NCBI GenBank assembly: GCA_030704615.1
Contig: CM060731.1
Coordinates: 62,248,001-62,312,000 of the forward strand
Reading direction: 5' to 3'
DNA: 64,000 nt
Source: Takakia lepidozioides
Taxonomy: Eukaryota; Plantae; Bryophyta
Below, piece after piece: positions 27,811 through 41,489 of the stretch; position 1 is the stretch's first letter, and the number at the start of each line of letters is the position of its first letter. The position numbers and the translations under genes are program-made. The notes beneath the pieces are model-generated. The model saw nothing but the letters and a program-made list of their open reading frames with translations. It was not told the origin of the DNA and ran no database searches.

Positions 27811-28405
27811 ACACATACGAAAATATAAGCTAAAAATACATGTTGCCCGTCTGTATATCCTTTGCCCGTGGTAAGGCCTGAGCACAAGAGGAGACGTGAA
27901 GCCTAAGGGAGAGCGAGAGAGGGAGAGAGAGAGAGGAAGTCACGAAGCGCTTTTAGGGCAGAGGTGCCCTAAAAGCGGGATTCTCCTTCTTTGTGGATGT
28001 TGGATGGCTCCTCTTGAGCAGTCCACCTTGTATATAGGAATTCTAATAAGGGATGCACAAAAATACTGCCAAGCACTTATTGTGCCAATATATGGTTATG
28101 TACATATACCAAACATGATACCAATGTAAGAGTAACAACGTATAAGACTTTGATATATTAAACTTTCTATGGAACACACATCCCAACTTCAACATGGTAC
28201 CTTTGTAAGGGTATTGAAACAATATTGTTTCGTTGTTTACTGTTCTCTCGCTACTTCTCCAAGCGCTTCGTGACTCTCTCCCTCTCTAGCTCCATCTCTG
28301 GCTCTCCCTCTCTCGCTCAAGCTGGCTTCACAACTCCACGATGTCCTCAGGGGCACAACATAGACGGGCAACATGTATCTTTAGCTTATACTCTCATATA
28401 ACTAT
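27811..28405. mobile_element. Non-autonomous foldback/MULE-like element with long imperfect TIRs, in a TA-rich site
   Basis: TATAAGCTAAAAATACATGTTGCCCGTCT (27824) is inverted as AGACGGGCAACATGTATCTTTAGCTTATA (ending 28390). The inner arm GTCACGAAGCGCTT is inverted as AAGCGCTTCGTGAC. Confidence 0.7.
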
Positions 28406-31400
28406 AACTTGAATATATATATATATATATATATGCTATATATATTATATACATAAATAAGTTAAAAATTATAGATTACAATTCAATTGAATTGCACACT
28501 TTTAAGGGGGTGATCTAGTGAATTGCGATGCATTTCACATCAAGGCCTTTTTGGAATTCCCTAGGTCATCACCTTGCTCAATTCTCGTGACGCCTAATTT
28601 GATGCATTCCTATACTCTGCTGGCCGCCATGCAAGGCCCAACGCTTCACTCTCTGAACCAGATGCATGATGCAATCATACACAGAGCACAATCCTTCACA
28701 ATCCAGCTTTTAGTAATGCCCACAAGTGCTATATGTATCACGCAAAGTCTTGCGAGGAGTATCTCACTTATTTGAGATTCCATAGAGAGACTTTAACGTA
28801 GAGAAAACGCTTAAGTGGTATATCAACGCAAATTGGGTCGGTCAGGTTTGCTTAACTGACCATTACTCTTTGTGGTTAAGGTTGATATATAAATATATGT
28901 GACGCCTCCCAAACGAAGCGTAAATTATGGTGTCTCTTGACCCGAAGGGTTACTGCTTTCCGCTAGGACGGTGGACACCTTTGTGACACCAATAGGTGGA
29001 TTGAACATACCACCTCGGAAAGATAACGAGCCCCATTCAAATCGCAATTGGTCAATTGCTCATTGCAGGGTGGGCAGGTGGACCAGGGTTTAGGGGACAC
29101 ACTCAGCTTTTTTGTCACCCTAGCGTGCCCAAGTTGCTGACATGGCAACTGCGGTCAGGTTAGGGTGAGCATACGATACCCCATAAAGCATAGGGAGGCG
29201 TGCTTCCCGAACCCCTTGAATGGGGCATGGTGGGCCGCGCTGGTCTTTCCAGGCCTGCGCCCTAACCTGAAATCAAGGGCGGTGGCAGCCTCGGGCCATT
29301 GCCGTGGGCCCATAGCAGGGCGGGCTGAGGAAGTGCAGCAGCCATGGTGGCAGAGCTCAGGCCTGGAGATAGACTCCCTCGCGGGATAGGAAATCCCAAA
29401 CCGCCTCATATGAGCGGTTGGCCGAGGGGTTTGACAGGGGGTGGCAGGGGTCCCCATGAAAGCAGGGGCCGGGTAGCCACAGGAGCTCCCAAACCCGGAC
29501 AAAAACATAGGTGTGCCATCTGAAGACTTGGGCAGGGAACCTAAAAATGCAATGCCATTGTCTGATTGGCCCCAATTTATTTTGGGACTTCCTATGGATG
29601 CCCACAACACTTCAACCGGAAGGGATTAGGAATTTGCATGGCTGAATGGTCTCGTAGAATTTTAGGAAGAGACATTTTGGCCTGCCCAAAGGAAAAGAAA
29701 TAATTTGACCCCCCCACTTTGTCACTACAAAGGAGCCCATTCGACAACATACCAGAAAAAACTGAAATTTTCAGAGAATGTGTGTTATCTGGTATGGAAC
29801 AGCATTCTTGAGAGAGAAAAAAAAAAAAAAAAAAAAAACTGCCCAAATGCCAACTAAAACTGCTTATTTTGGCACCTATTACTTAGGAAGATTTTTTTCG
29901 GTCCCCACTCTACACTTTATAATCTTCACATCTGGCGGCTGGATTTTTATGAGAAAGTTTTTGGTAGGAGGTGGAAATAATTCCAACGGTCAGGGACAGA
30001 GAAACTCTCCAGATAAAAAAAAGTTCTGTGGGCCAGGGTCATGTTCTTACGCCAGTGCTTGAAATGGTACCCGGGCACTTTAACTGAACTCTTTGATATG
30101 CATCTTTGATATCTGACATCTCTAACTACTCGCCTATCTGTGCTGAGATTACTGTGCCAAGCGCAATGGGCTCAACGGCATAACAGGGAACAGGGGAAAT
30201 TACTGTGTGAAAGGCCACCCGAAAATACACCAGGTTTTTCCCTTGAGGTTTTCACAGGTTTCAGTTTCTAAGTTGCATATTCAAGCACTCTTCTACACAA
30301 AGTCTGCAAAACCACATCTGAGTTAAGATGAGTCAAAATCATTTTCAATCCTGGTCTTCCCGAGCGTAATCCTGGGTCTCCAAGTCTCAACTCGAAACCA
30401 TAAGCGTCTTATTACAAAAGGGGGGGAAACCTTAATAGCTTTACAAAAGAAACCAAACTTTGGGAAACCCCAGTAAACGGAAGATTGGAATGTGAGTTCT
30501 GTCTTACCTATGTGAGTATTATGTTTGCTGTGAAGTTGCGGATGGCCTGGGGTTTTCAATCCGGGGCAACCGATCATGCTTCCACCGCGCCACAACAAGG
30601 AGGATGGAAGGCGTGGTCGGCCAGTCTTTACTTGATATGTGGGGCAGGCCGCCAGGATGGACTCCGGATGAGTGCCCGAGCTCACATCTCAAGTTGCCAA
30701 ATGTGATCCATCTCACAAGACCCTCGCGTTGGAACAGTTGACGACGGAACTGACCACTGAATTGACTTGACCTATTTTGCAAATCCAGTGTACAGGAAGA
30801 GCTCAGTCATGTATCGACAAGCAGGGTCTAAGATCCTCCACCACTCCTGTAGAGTCACATGATTTCTGTCTCTGTCTCTCACTTCGATTTTCTTTGTAGA
30901 CTTTCAGTACTTCCTCTCTTGGATTGCCTTGGCTTAGGGCGAGCCATGCCACGGGAGAAATGGAGTTCATTATCATCCGTAAATTGCTCATGAATCAAGC
31001 ATAAGATTGTCTCTCAATCGAAAACAAGTTTCTGGTAGTTACAATGAAGCATGGAATTTTACCTAGTTTCAGTTTGTAGACACGTGTGCGGGAGAGTGTG
31101 AGAGAGGTGGGGTGAGGGGGGCGAGAGAGAGAGAGAGGAGCTGTATGAAGTCACTTTCAGCTGGGCCATGACATCTAGCTGTTACAACTAGTATAGAACA
31201 GTATTGCACAATGATTCCCGGAAGACCCACTCTTGAACTGGGTCTTGAATGTGTTCTCGTGAGCAGTGATACCACCAAAAACTCTAGTATAGAACAAGGG
31301 CATGGTGGATACGATCCTTCCATAAGGCCACTACCGCACGTCTGCATGAAGCAGTTGAAGCTGGAAAATTGTAATACCTTTCAGTGGTGCAGGCTGCCTT

Positions 31401-34303
31401 CAAGCAGCATCTGGGGCTTGACGGCCAGAACAAATAGGAAGGATAGAAACATCACACGTTTTTTTAACCAGAAAACAGACTCAGACTGTGGAGGCCAAAC
31501 TTTATCATGGAAAAATGAAATGAAATGGTGCTTTATAACTTTATCATGGAAAAAAGAGGGTGAGCACGTATGACCCCCCAAGTGGACAAACTGCATGGGA
31601 TCAACATGATCACCTTAAATTGTTCATCTGAAAACAAGAGCTTTAAAACTAGTAAAAAGTAGGAAATGGGTCTTCAAATAACCATGGAGCATTTTGATCA
31701 ACAGATAATGAGACTTTTAACAACTGACATTTCACCGTATCCTAGGTCAGCTAGCTAATCCTGCTTGGAAGAGGAACTACAAGTGTGTCCTGGACACAAC
31801 TCCTTTTAAGCTTACACATTTTTCCACGAATTGCTTTCAACCCAGTCGAACGCAATGGGACCCAACAATGACTGGGGTATTCCCAAAGAATCCACCAATG
31901 CCAGCGCGTGTGGCCGAACCTCCCCACACAAGTCAGCTACTTCTTTCCGGATCTCTTGAGACTGCTGTGACGACAGATACCCATACCTGTAAAATCAAGT
32001 TGAGCCATGAATCATAGAGCCAAAAAAAACGGAAAGGAACGTCATAACGTTATAACTTCCACAGGAAGCCACTTATGCAACAGAAGTTTGAACCAAACAA
32101 CAAATCACAGCCTGAATTGCTGTGAGAGTGAAAGGGAGAGAGACAGAGGCAAGCATACTTGGAATATGATGCAACCTGGTGTACAGAGGATTGTGTATAT
32201 GTACCTCAAGAAGACAGGCTCCTCATCAGTTACAGAGAGCACATATAGTGTACTTAACAGACTAAGAATATCCTGCAACACGAGTGATATCTGTGAGAAG
32301 GAGATCCACGAGCAGGATCTCAAAGCAGGAATCATGTATTTGCCTTTTGAAAACATCTCAAGTGTACAGCAGCATATTATCCTGTGTCAAGTGCTGAGTC
32401 ATCCCAGACAATCACAGTCAATTTGTGGAAACTATGATCATAGAAGAAAAAAGTTGGTTGAAGCCATGCTTACCTTCAAGGGACCTGCTGTTTGCTGCTC
32501 CTCAGCAGCCAAGAAACTGTCCAGTATTAAGCGCTCTGAGAAGGCCTGTCCCGAGTCCCCTGCTAGTTGATAGCTCTGCCAGAAATCAGAGTGCACAACA
32601 TTATACAACAACCGAGATCTCCGATGGATCGTGCTCAGATATCAAATTTCACAGAAGGAAACAAAATATTGCAACGAGGCCAGAGAGAGGAAGTAGTCGG
32701 TGATTTGCAAACTGCACCCCATTAACTGCGTCTACATGGAAGATCCCTTTGATACAAGCCTTGTGACTTGTGTGGTCAACAGCTCCAATAAATCTCGCTC
32801 CCGCAGCTGAAATAGTGCCATCTGATACAGACCAGGAGCATATATAAAATTAGAAGTTTCCTACGAGCAGGGAGAAAAGAACCAGGTTTGCATATCAAGA
32901 TTCTTAACCTAGACACCTTACAGAAACAATCTCCAAACCTAAGGGCAGGGTGCCTATACATCATAGCCAGCATTCCAAACTCAGCCATAATAATCAGCAG
33001 CTCTTACAATCCAGTATAAATCCTGGATTCCAAGATATTCAGACTTCTGCCAGGTTTGGCTTTGAATCCAGCAATTCACACCCTTGGTATCAGGGTAGGA
33101 AACTGACTTTTTCATGCCAAATGCAAATGCAGCAAATAGCAGTGCAAGGGATGCCGCTACACTGGTGTCGTTCTCTTCTTTCAGAGATAAGACAACTTAG
33201 GCAACCCTAGTAGACATATGTGATTCTTTCACAATCTCAATCAACATAAAATATCAAAAATTTCCGAGATACTTTTTCTTTTGCAAGCAAGAAAAAGTAT
33301 GTGGAGTCGTTTGCTAAGCCCTTGGTAACTGTTTCATTCTCTTGGGGTTCAGAGGATGCCACAGCCATATTGGAGATTCACGAAAGTGAACAATGTCAAC
33401 AAACCAGGTTGAATTGACGAAGGAACATTTGTTGGCTCCTCTATATTCGAAAGATGAGACTACACTGAGTGTCAAAATCGCTAAGCCCTGGTTCTGCCTT
33501 CCCTAGATGTCACCTCCTCTCCTTTGATGGAAAACTACTTCTATGATGTCCTTTCTCCACGTAACACCTCCCTCAAGTAACATCTATGTTATTGAACAAC
33601 TTAAGAGAAATAAATGGATGGAATTTCAAGTTTATTACGGCAAGGACTACGCTCCCCACCTTTAGGACCACGTTCCTAATTAATCTCCAATTTTGTTCCC
33701 ATGTTCCCAGTCCTCGCTCCCCTATTCCCTCACTGGGATCGAGAAGGGGGAGCGGGGACCGGAAACAGGGCCAAAGGGCGAAGAGGGGAGCGAGGAGCAT
33801 TCCATAGGGCAAGGAGGGTAGCGGGGAGCGGGAACAGGGGAGCGAGCCGCGTTCCACCGCGAGGAGGGGAGCGGAGAGCGGGCCTGGGCCTGGGAACAAG
33901 ATGGGACAGTGGAGCGGGACACTGGGATTCCCAGGCCGAGGCTGGGAGCGGAGCGAGGATCTTGGACTTATAATTTTTTTTAAATGGAAACTACAATAAT
34001 TAATTTTATGTGCAACTAATCACTCACCATGCTTGGGCTGCGACGTATTGAACCTCAGACCTCTCCACTATACTGCGTCACCCAGCCACTACACTACCGT
34101 CCGCTTATTGCAAAAGCCTTGATTTTTTAATATTTTACCCTAGAATACAGGCTCGCAGGTGAGAGGGGAACAACGGGAGGGGGTGGGGATTTGACAGTAG
34201 CGCGCCCCCCCGGAATGTCGCCTGTATGGCTATCCCGGCGTCCGTACCGGCAAGCTCCCACGCTTGCATTCAACTCGTTGGATAAGCCTAGTCGACTCTG
34301 TGT

Positions 34304-34490
34304 GCGCTTGAGCAGGTAGCCCAGTGGTTGGGTGTTTGTGCCTTGCCTGTGCATAACCTAGGTGATCCTGGGTTCAATCCTTCCACATGTGCCTTCAAAC
34401 CGTCCATTGGGCCCTCAATGGCCTGTGTGTTGAGCAGTAGGCTCTGTAAATTCACTGGACGTTAAAGAAACCTTATCTTTATCTTTATCT
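34304..34490 (+). mobile_element. tRNA-derived SINE, copy 1
   Basis: Pol III A-box TAGCCCAGTGG, B-box GGTTCAATCC and a (TTATCT)n tail. Near-identical to 35364-35578. Confidence 0.8.
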
Positions 34491-35363
34491 GTTTTACGGA
34501 TAAAAGTAAATTTTTTAAGAGTAAATTCCACTATTCACAGGAGGAGCCATAAGCGACTAGTCGCTTCTTTACCACTATTTTGCAAATTGTGGCAAAAGTA
34601 GCTGGTATGAGAAGAGAGAAGATATGGAAACACACAACGACCTATAAGGGAGAATTATTTGAAAAGTGAGTGACAACTTATACCTGGACTGTCCTCTTTC
34701 GAAGTGCGCCCCTGTCAAGCACAGCTGGGATCAGAGGGCGAGGCCCATTCATGTGCTCCAGCCCTAACCCCTTCAGGGCCTTGCCCTTCCTTTGAGCAGC
34801 AGAATACTCAGCAAGTAATACCTTGCTGACCTGCATCTGGCACACCATTCACAGACAGATCTCTCAGGTTTGTAACATGAGCCTTGCCATTTACCAAAAA
34901 CAGACAGAACTATCTGGAAAGTCAAGGTATTGAAGCCCTGGGAGTTGCCCAGAGAAATGAGCACCCACTTCTTCTAGTGCAGAATCTCCAGAGGATCACC
35001 TAAAAGCACACCGCTTTGAAAAATTGTACCTAAAAATATAAAGAGTTGCACATAACCCCCTAGAAAGTTTTAGCGTTCTGGCATTGAAAATTAAAAATGA
35101 TTTCAAACAGAACCAATAGAAGCCACCCTCAAGTAAAGAAAAAAATGCCTGCCAACCTGCAGCATCAACACATTGTTGTCACCTTCAAAGGTTGACTGAA
35201 CATCATACTCTGCTTTCAGCTGCCTGATACGATTTTCAGACTTCACACCCTGACCCCCCACATGCCTCCCGACATTCCTGCCACACCATCAAACTGCCGG
35301 TGTGAAAAATTTACCCTCTCTCTTTTTCTCTCTTTTCCTGAACCTCAGCCTTTTCTATGTTGA

Positions 35364-35578
35364 GCACTTGAGCAGGTAGCCCAGTGGTTGGGTGTTTGTG
35401 CCTTGCCTGTGCATAACCTAGGTGATCCTGGGTTCAATCCTTCCACATGTGCCTTCAAACCGTCCATTGGGCCCTCGATGGCCTGTGTGTTGAGCAGTAG
35501 GCTCTGTAAATTCACTGGACATTAAAAGAAACTTTATCTTTGTGTTCACTGGACGTTAAAGTAACTTTGTCTTATCTT
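35364..35578 (+). mobile_element. tRNA-derived SINE, copy 2, with a duplicated 3' tail
   Basis: Same A and B boxes and body as 34304-34490. TTCACTGGAC.TTAAA occurs twice at the 3' end. Possible TATGTT TSD. Confidence 0.8.
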
Positions 35579-35831
35579 ATGTTCATTTGTGATGGGTTTC
35601 TTACTTGCTCAGTAACTTCAAAGACCACTTGAAGAGTGCGAAGGTTGTGCCAGGTAGACGTAGCCTTCAGGCCACTTGAAAGCACGTGGATGGTCTTGGC
35701 ATCTGCGGCAGTTCGCCTCACAAAGATCTTCTTCAAATCCAAAACTGCAAAACTCAATGCGTACCTGCACACCTCCATGCAGAGCATTTGCAGAACATAC
35801 TTTACTATGTCTGCATGAGGCTTGGAGAAAA

Positions 35832-36066
35832 TGTACTCATAAGACGACGTTTGCCATAGCCTTGTGGCCATTGACCCCGCGCCCAGTTTGAGTGGAACCC
35901 AAAGGGACAGAAACTACCTTTGTCAGGGCTGACGCGGGTAGTATGACTTACCTTGAAACAGGCAACTGATCCGAGTTTTCCAGAGATCCTCTATTAGTTT
36001 GAGGTCATCCATGATGGCCTCACCCATGTCAGACTGGAAACAGGTTCAGGGAAGTTTTCTGCCTAA
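35832..36066 (-). mobile_element. 5'-truncated copy of the same RTE/RTEX-like LINE family as 6024-7625
   Basis: The reverse complement ends CTCAAACTGGGCGCGGGGTCAATGGCCACAAGGCTATGGCAAAC..CTTATGAGTACA. Flanked by the direct repeat CTTGGAGA(A/G)AA at 35821 and 36067. Confidence 0.85.
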
Positions 36067-39000
36067 CTTGGAGAGAAAGATGCAGAAAGAGAGAGAAATG
36101 AAATGAAATGGTACTTTATAACGTCCGCGGAGAAAAATGAAATGAAATGGTGCTTTATAACGTCTGCTGAAAGCTCATAGAGCATATGCGACAAAATGGA
36201 AGAAAACATGAGAGAGGAAACAAAAACCCCAGGGGCCAGAGATAAAAACTATTGTTCGAGTGATTGTCTAAGGGTGAGTGCCTTGTGCAGGTACGCTGCC
36301 AAGCATTTCTCATAGAAAGTAATGTCCAGAGGGGGCCCCAAGGGCCTATGAGGTAAGGTAGAACGACCAGCAAACGACAGTTTGAAACACAATGTAGCAG
36401 TTCCTCATGTAGGTAAAGAAACCCTGGTTGGGTCTGCAACTGTTATGGCCTTTCTTTGTGTACCAAGGTTGTGAACAAGATGGGGTTTTGCAAGGTCCAA
36501 TCTGGAATGTTTCCTGGTTTATCTCTGCAAAGAGAAAGAAGGGGGAGAAGCAGAGAGAGAGGGTGAGTAAGTACTGTAACAATTTTGTCATTAAAGTAGA
36601 TCATGAAGGGGTGCAGGCATATAATTATTAATTATTAAATGCATAAGAGAGGGACCAAAAAGACGTGTAGGGGATTACGTTTTGGCCAACAACGGGAGCA
36701 AGCGATGCTGGTGGCTTGGGTAGTCAAGCAAAAGCACCTCCGGCTGTCCTGGAGAGAGGGAGAAGGCACGCCTTGTGACGGCATACCTAATGGCCGTTGC
36801 CAAGCCTACCTGTATGAGACACACACCAGCAATCCAAGTTTGGACTCCAATACTTTTATCCAAAGGGACCAATGAAAATTTCCCCTCTCCATAATTATGC
36901 TTACTGCTTACCAGGACAATAAAGGCCTAGAAACACTAGAAGCCCTTGCTCTTAGGCTAGATATGTTCATGTTTCCCTCAGATATGGTTCACTACTTTGA
37001 GAACCAACCTTTCCTCGTAAGGACTGTCATATCTTCACTTGCTGAAATTCCCCCACAAATGTATGAAGCTCCCAAAGTCACACTAACAATCAAAAGGAGA
37101 AAAGAGCAAAATTATCCCGCTTAGAACGAGCAGTATCTGCGATGCATATGTTCCAATTCAGTTTATATGATGACGATGATACTATGTCTACGGGAAGACC
37201 ATTGGTTGCATGGAAGAATCAGGGTATGGTCGAACCAAGGCTACTCCCCAACAATATACACCGGTCAATTCATCATATTCATGTTAAAGACCAGAGAAGT
37301 TGAAAGCATCAAGAATAATGTATGGTTTTGCCTCCTTTCATAGTGAAAGAAAATGAAACGGCAGAAAAGAGTACTTTAAGTGTACCTTGGCTTGATAAAG
37401 AGCAGTCACAGCAATTGTCACCCGACCTGATGTAAGGGGAGCCATCAAGGCACCAAACCTATGCAATAATTGCATCGACACAATCACATTCCATAACAAC
37501 ACAAGTCAAAACTCAAAAGGTTCTTACAAAACTAAACCTTTCTCGTTATTCTGGCATATTCATGTGGAATCGAAGAAACTTAAAAGAACTGAATAAGAGA
37601 ATACATCTCACTACACGCCCTCTCAACTGCAATAGAGTATGGGACAATACCTCATCTGGATCACTGACTGCACTTTCATAGTGTCCATCGGGGGTCACAT
37701 CAGCAACTGCATTGAGCAGGTTCTCGCGAGGAATTCGAACTTTGTCACACCTGCCAGAGGATCCCTTGTCAATCTCACATGCACTCCCTTTTTGGGGGTG
37801 GGAACTGAAGAACTGACCCAGATCATACTTTCTGAACAAAAACCTCAATCACAACTGTCAAGAAATGCCGACATGGCTGGGCCACACTCTCCCTCTCTCA
37901 GTACTCCGTCTCTCTTTCTTTCTCTGTGTCCCTTCCATTTAGAGACAAGGGAAAAAGGTCAGGTAACAACTTCATAAACCTAGAAAACAGCTGTCGGCAT
38001 CATTCAAAAATTGCAACGGTGTTGGGTCCTCTTGACTGTTCAAACCACACCACCTTTGCAGAAGTAGAATAGTCACACACACCCAAGGGAGAGCCAAAAA
38101 AAACTAGAACTTCTTGGCAACCAGCACAAGCCGAACAAATGCCTCCCTCTCCCTTTCCCTACTACCAATAGACCGTACTTACCAAATGCGACCATTGTCA
38201 ACACCATTCATTCCAGTCTTGTGACCACAGTCAGCAATGTGAACTCCTGGACATATGCGGCCTTGCTCATCACGTAGCTGGCAAATGAAGGCGTGAACCC
38301 CCTTTTTTCTACCATTGATCAGGAGCTGAGAAAAGAGAATAGTATGGGTTGCATGCTGCAATGGAACAAAACAGTCACTATTTAATCGTGTTATTTACGA
38401 TCACAAATGTAGCTTGATCCGGTGAGCCTCTGTTGACAGGAAGATTACAGTTTGTTTCTTCACATTAAATATACCTTGTGCATGTCAGATTCAACATCCG
38501 GCTTTTGAAAAAAGTTACTCCTGCAATACTTTCTGCTACATCTTTCATGTACACCACTTCAATGCCTCAGGTAATCTGGAAGATGCCAAATATGCATTGT
38601 CCAACTATAACATGTTCAGGAAATCCACGACAAGAACCGAGCATTCGTATGTTAAAGAACTGTGAGACAACAGACTTTGCCAGATGGCATGCTCAGTGTC
38701 TTGAAACATCTGTCATACTTTTACTTCCACATAAAGGTGCTTCAATGATTGTTTCACAATGTTACTCAGTTCAGGATAGCAGCTAGAGAGTGTCGATTTC
38801 TTATCTGAAAGATATCACTCTGTGCCTGGACACTGGAGGGCTGACTTCAAACCCACACTGTTTTCTTCTGTTACCGTACAGTCTACAACCCTTTCTGGAT
38901 GTTCATTGCGTTCATTCATACATAGTGAGCAGAATTGTTCCTCCAGAACTAAGTTACATACCCCTTGGGCACACTCTGTAAATCTGAGCAATGAAAGGAT

Positions 39001-41489
39001 TAAAAAAAGTCAGATTTTAATATATCCAAATAACACAGTAAAAATGCTTACCTGAGCAGCCCCCCCAATCCAATATTTTTGAGCAGATTCACAAGGTGTG
39101 TTGATGATGAATTCCTGTGTAGAACGGTCGTACGTGGTAATTGTTTCGATTCCACGAACCTGCCATGACATGATGAGTTAATAATGAGTTTCTACTATCT
39201 GGCAAAGATGGAAAGGCAGGTTATGTCCGGGAGTACTCATTCAATATTGACTATCCATAGAACCCACACCCAGTTTGGATCATTTGGAAGAATCAGAAAA
39301 AGAGGAAATAGTCATTTTCAGTCATTATTTGCCCAATATTTAAAGAGAAAGGAAGAAACTGTAGAGCGTCCACATTGAAAACGAAACAAATCAATCATTC
39401 AAAGTACTGAATCCCATGGTGACCTTCAGACAAATCTCCACCCTTTGTAAGCCTCAGAATGAACGGCCAGACAAGTGTCTCATCCGTCCAAAGCAGCAGC
39501 CCATGGGAAGGGCCTATGCGAAGGCTATATTTAAATGTGTTATATCCAGAAGGTTGTCTCGTTGTCTCTTAACAACTTTGAGAATCTTCAAAATTGTAGC
39601 AATGATATGATACTATGGTAGCCTGTGTCGTTGGCCCAAGTGTCCATGTCATCTAAGTCCAAGTGCAATCCCCTATGTATCCAAGTGCGTCTCCTATGTC
39701 CAGGCCCACAAAACCTCAAACTGCAATTGGCTCTCTTGCTTTGCTTTGGCACAAGATAAGAGGAAGGCAAGACTAGGGAGCATGACTTAGCAGAGCACAC
39801 CAATCAGCGCCTTGACACGTTGTAACGTACTTTGACCCCATTTTCTCCGTTGACTTGCATGTCTCCACAAAATCTCTCTCTACAAGAGAGCCAACAAAAC
39901 AAACACACAAACAAATAAACAGCCTGGCTTCATATATTGAGGACCCCAATCAAGGAATATATCAACTTTATGATGAAGACAAATGAGGGTTAAAGGCAAG
40001 AGCTTTAGATGCCGCCGCCTCCTCCTGAGATTGAAACATCACCGCAAAGAATCCACGACCCATGGATTGGCAGAAAAGCTGACACAAGCCATCACTTCCC
40101 TCAATTACCCACTCACGGACCGATACCGATCCTTAAGTTTCCAAGGGAAAATCCATGTTTTTAATATGAGCTACCATACCTCTGTCCCCTTTAATTAGAA
40201 TTTGTTTACTTGAAAATGGCAGCATGCTACACCCTCTTAGAGCACATGGTGGGTTCAAATAGCTTTAAAAATAGGATGTGCCGTTGGCCAAATTGTCTAG
40301 TGTCATCTAAGCCCAAGTGCAAGATCTCATGTATCCGAGTGTGTCTCCCATGTCGAGGCCCAAGTGCGACCTCTAGGATAGCCTGCACCGTTGGCCCAAG
40401 CGTCCCGTTTGTGAAGCCGAAGTGCAATCTCCTATGTAGCCAAGTGCTTTTCCCATGTAGAGGCCCAAGTGCGACCTCCAGTGTCCAGTGATTTTTTTTC
40501 AAATTTGGAAAAGAACAGGAGTGGCTACTGAGTTTTGCAAAAAACAGCCATATTTTCTGCTCATCCACTGAAATTTGGACAGAATCATCCTCCGCTGTAC
40601 TTTCATCCATGTATATCATCCATATTAGGCAAATTCATCCAAGATTTATATTTGTTTTTGAGAATTTTGGCGATTTCATCCATGAGAAATAGGGAATTTA
40701 TGACAGAATATTCTATTTTGATTTTGAGATCGAAAAAGTGCGAAATTTCGCCCCTGTCAAGATTTCATATATTGATATATCCACTTTGATAATGGGCACA
40801 TACCACGTTGGATGTGGTTGTGGGTTCAAACCACGGTCTAGTGTGTCATGAAGGTGTCCACCTTTCAGCTGGAAGGCAGTAGCCCTTGTGGTGAAGAGAC
40901 ACCATAAGTTACGCTCCCTTCGGGAGGCGTCATATATTTTTATTATCCACTTTGCTCTTTTTTGCAAATTTCCAGCGACCAAAAGTACTTGAAATTCCAA
41001 ATTTCCCACATGAAGGGCCAATCGTTGCTCCAGGAAAGCCCACTTTGCTATTTTTTCCGAATTTCCAATGACCAAAAGTACTTGAAATTCCGTATATCCC
41101 ATACCGCAGGTCCAAAAATCATGAGACTAAGTCGGTGCACCCCTCCGTTTATCCCATTAGTTTATTCACCTCAAAACCACTAAAGCAAGTTCCAGAGTGG
41201 TTGCCTGTTTGTGCCTTTGTGATGCCACATGTTCTCCTGGCTCCACTTTACCGTCATTCATTTATTTCTGACAGGCTTTCATCCAGCGCTACAGGGTGTA
41301 ATTTCTATGAGCCATGAGCACATTTAAGCATGAGCAGAGGCAAAAATAAACATGATCAGAGCATAATCTAGAGAATATTCCTTATTTTCCGACTGTCTAC
41401 AGCTGCATTTCTGGAGTTTATGGCAGTTAAAAAGTACATGATGTTTCCTCATAACAGGATATTGGAGCTACGTTTGGATGCCAAGGTAG

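Larger units (their letters stand above)
31812..39159 (-). pseudogene. ACX3: Peroxisomal acyl-CoA oxidase, ACX3-like, probably a pseudogene, 5' exons not seen. Exons: 39159-39052, 38355-38183, 37750-37651, 37460-37386, 36809-36679, 35764-35629, 35277-35157, 34830-34684, 32821-32718, 32575-32474, 32272-32205, 31986-31812
   Basis: Motifs [80 protein letters not shown] and PIAFDWVE.NSW. Lesions: acceptor reads CAT at 37463-37461, an extra G in the run at 35254-35259, and a 1-nt deletion giving TAG at 32734-32732. Confidence 0.85.

Noticed and set aside
34304-34400. Functional tRNA gene
   Set aside because: A and B boxes are present, but I could not build a convincing cloverleaf. The unrelated body and repeat tail indicate a SINE.
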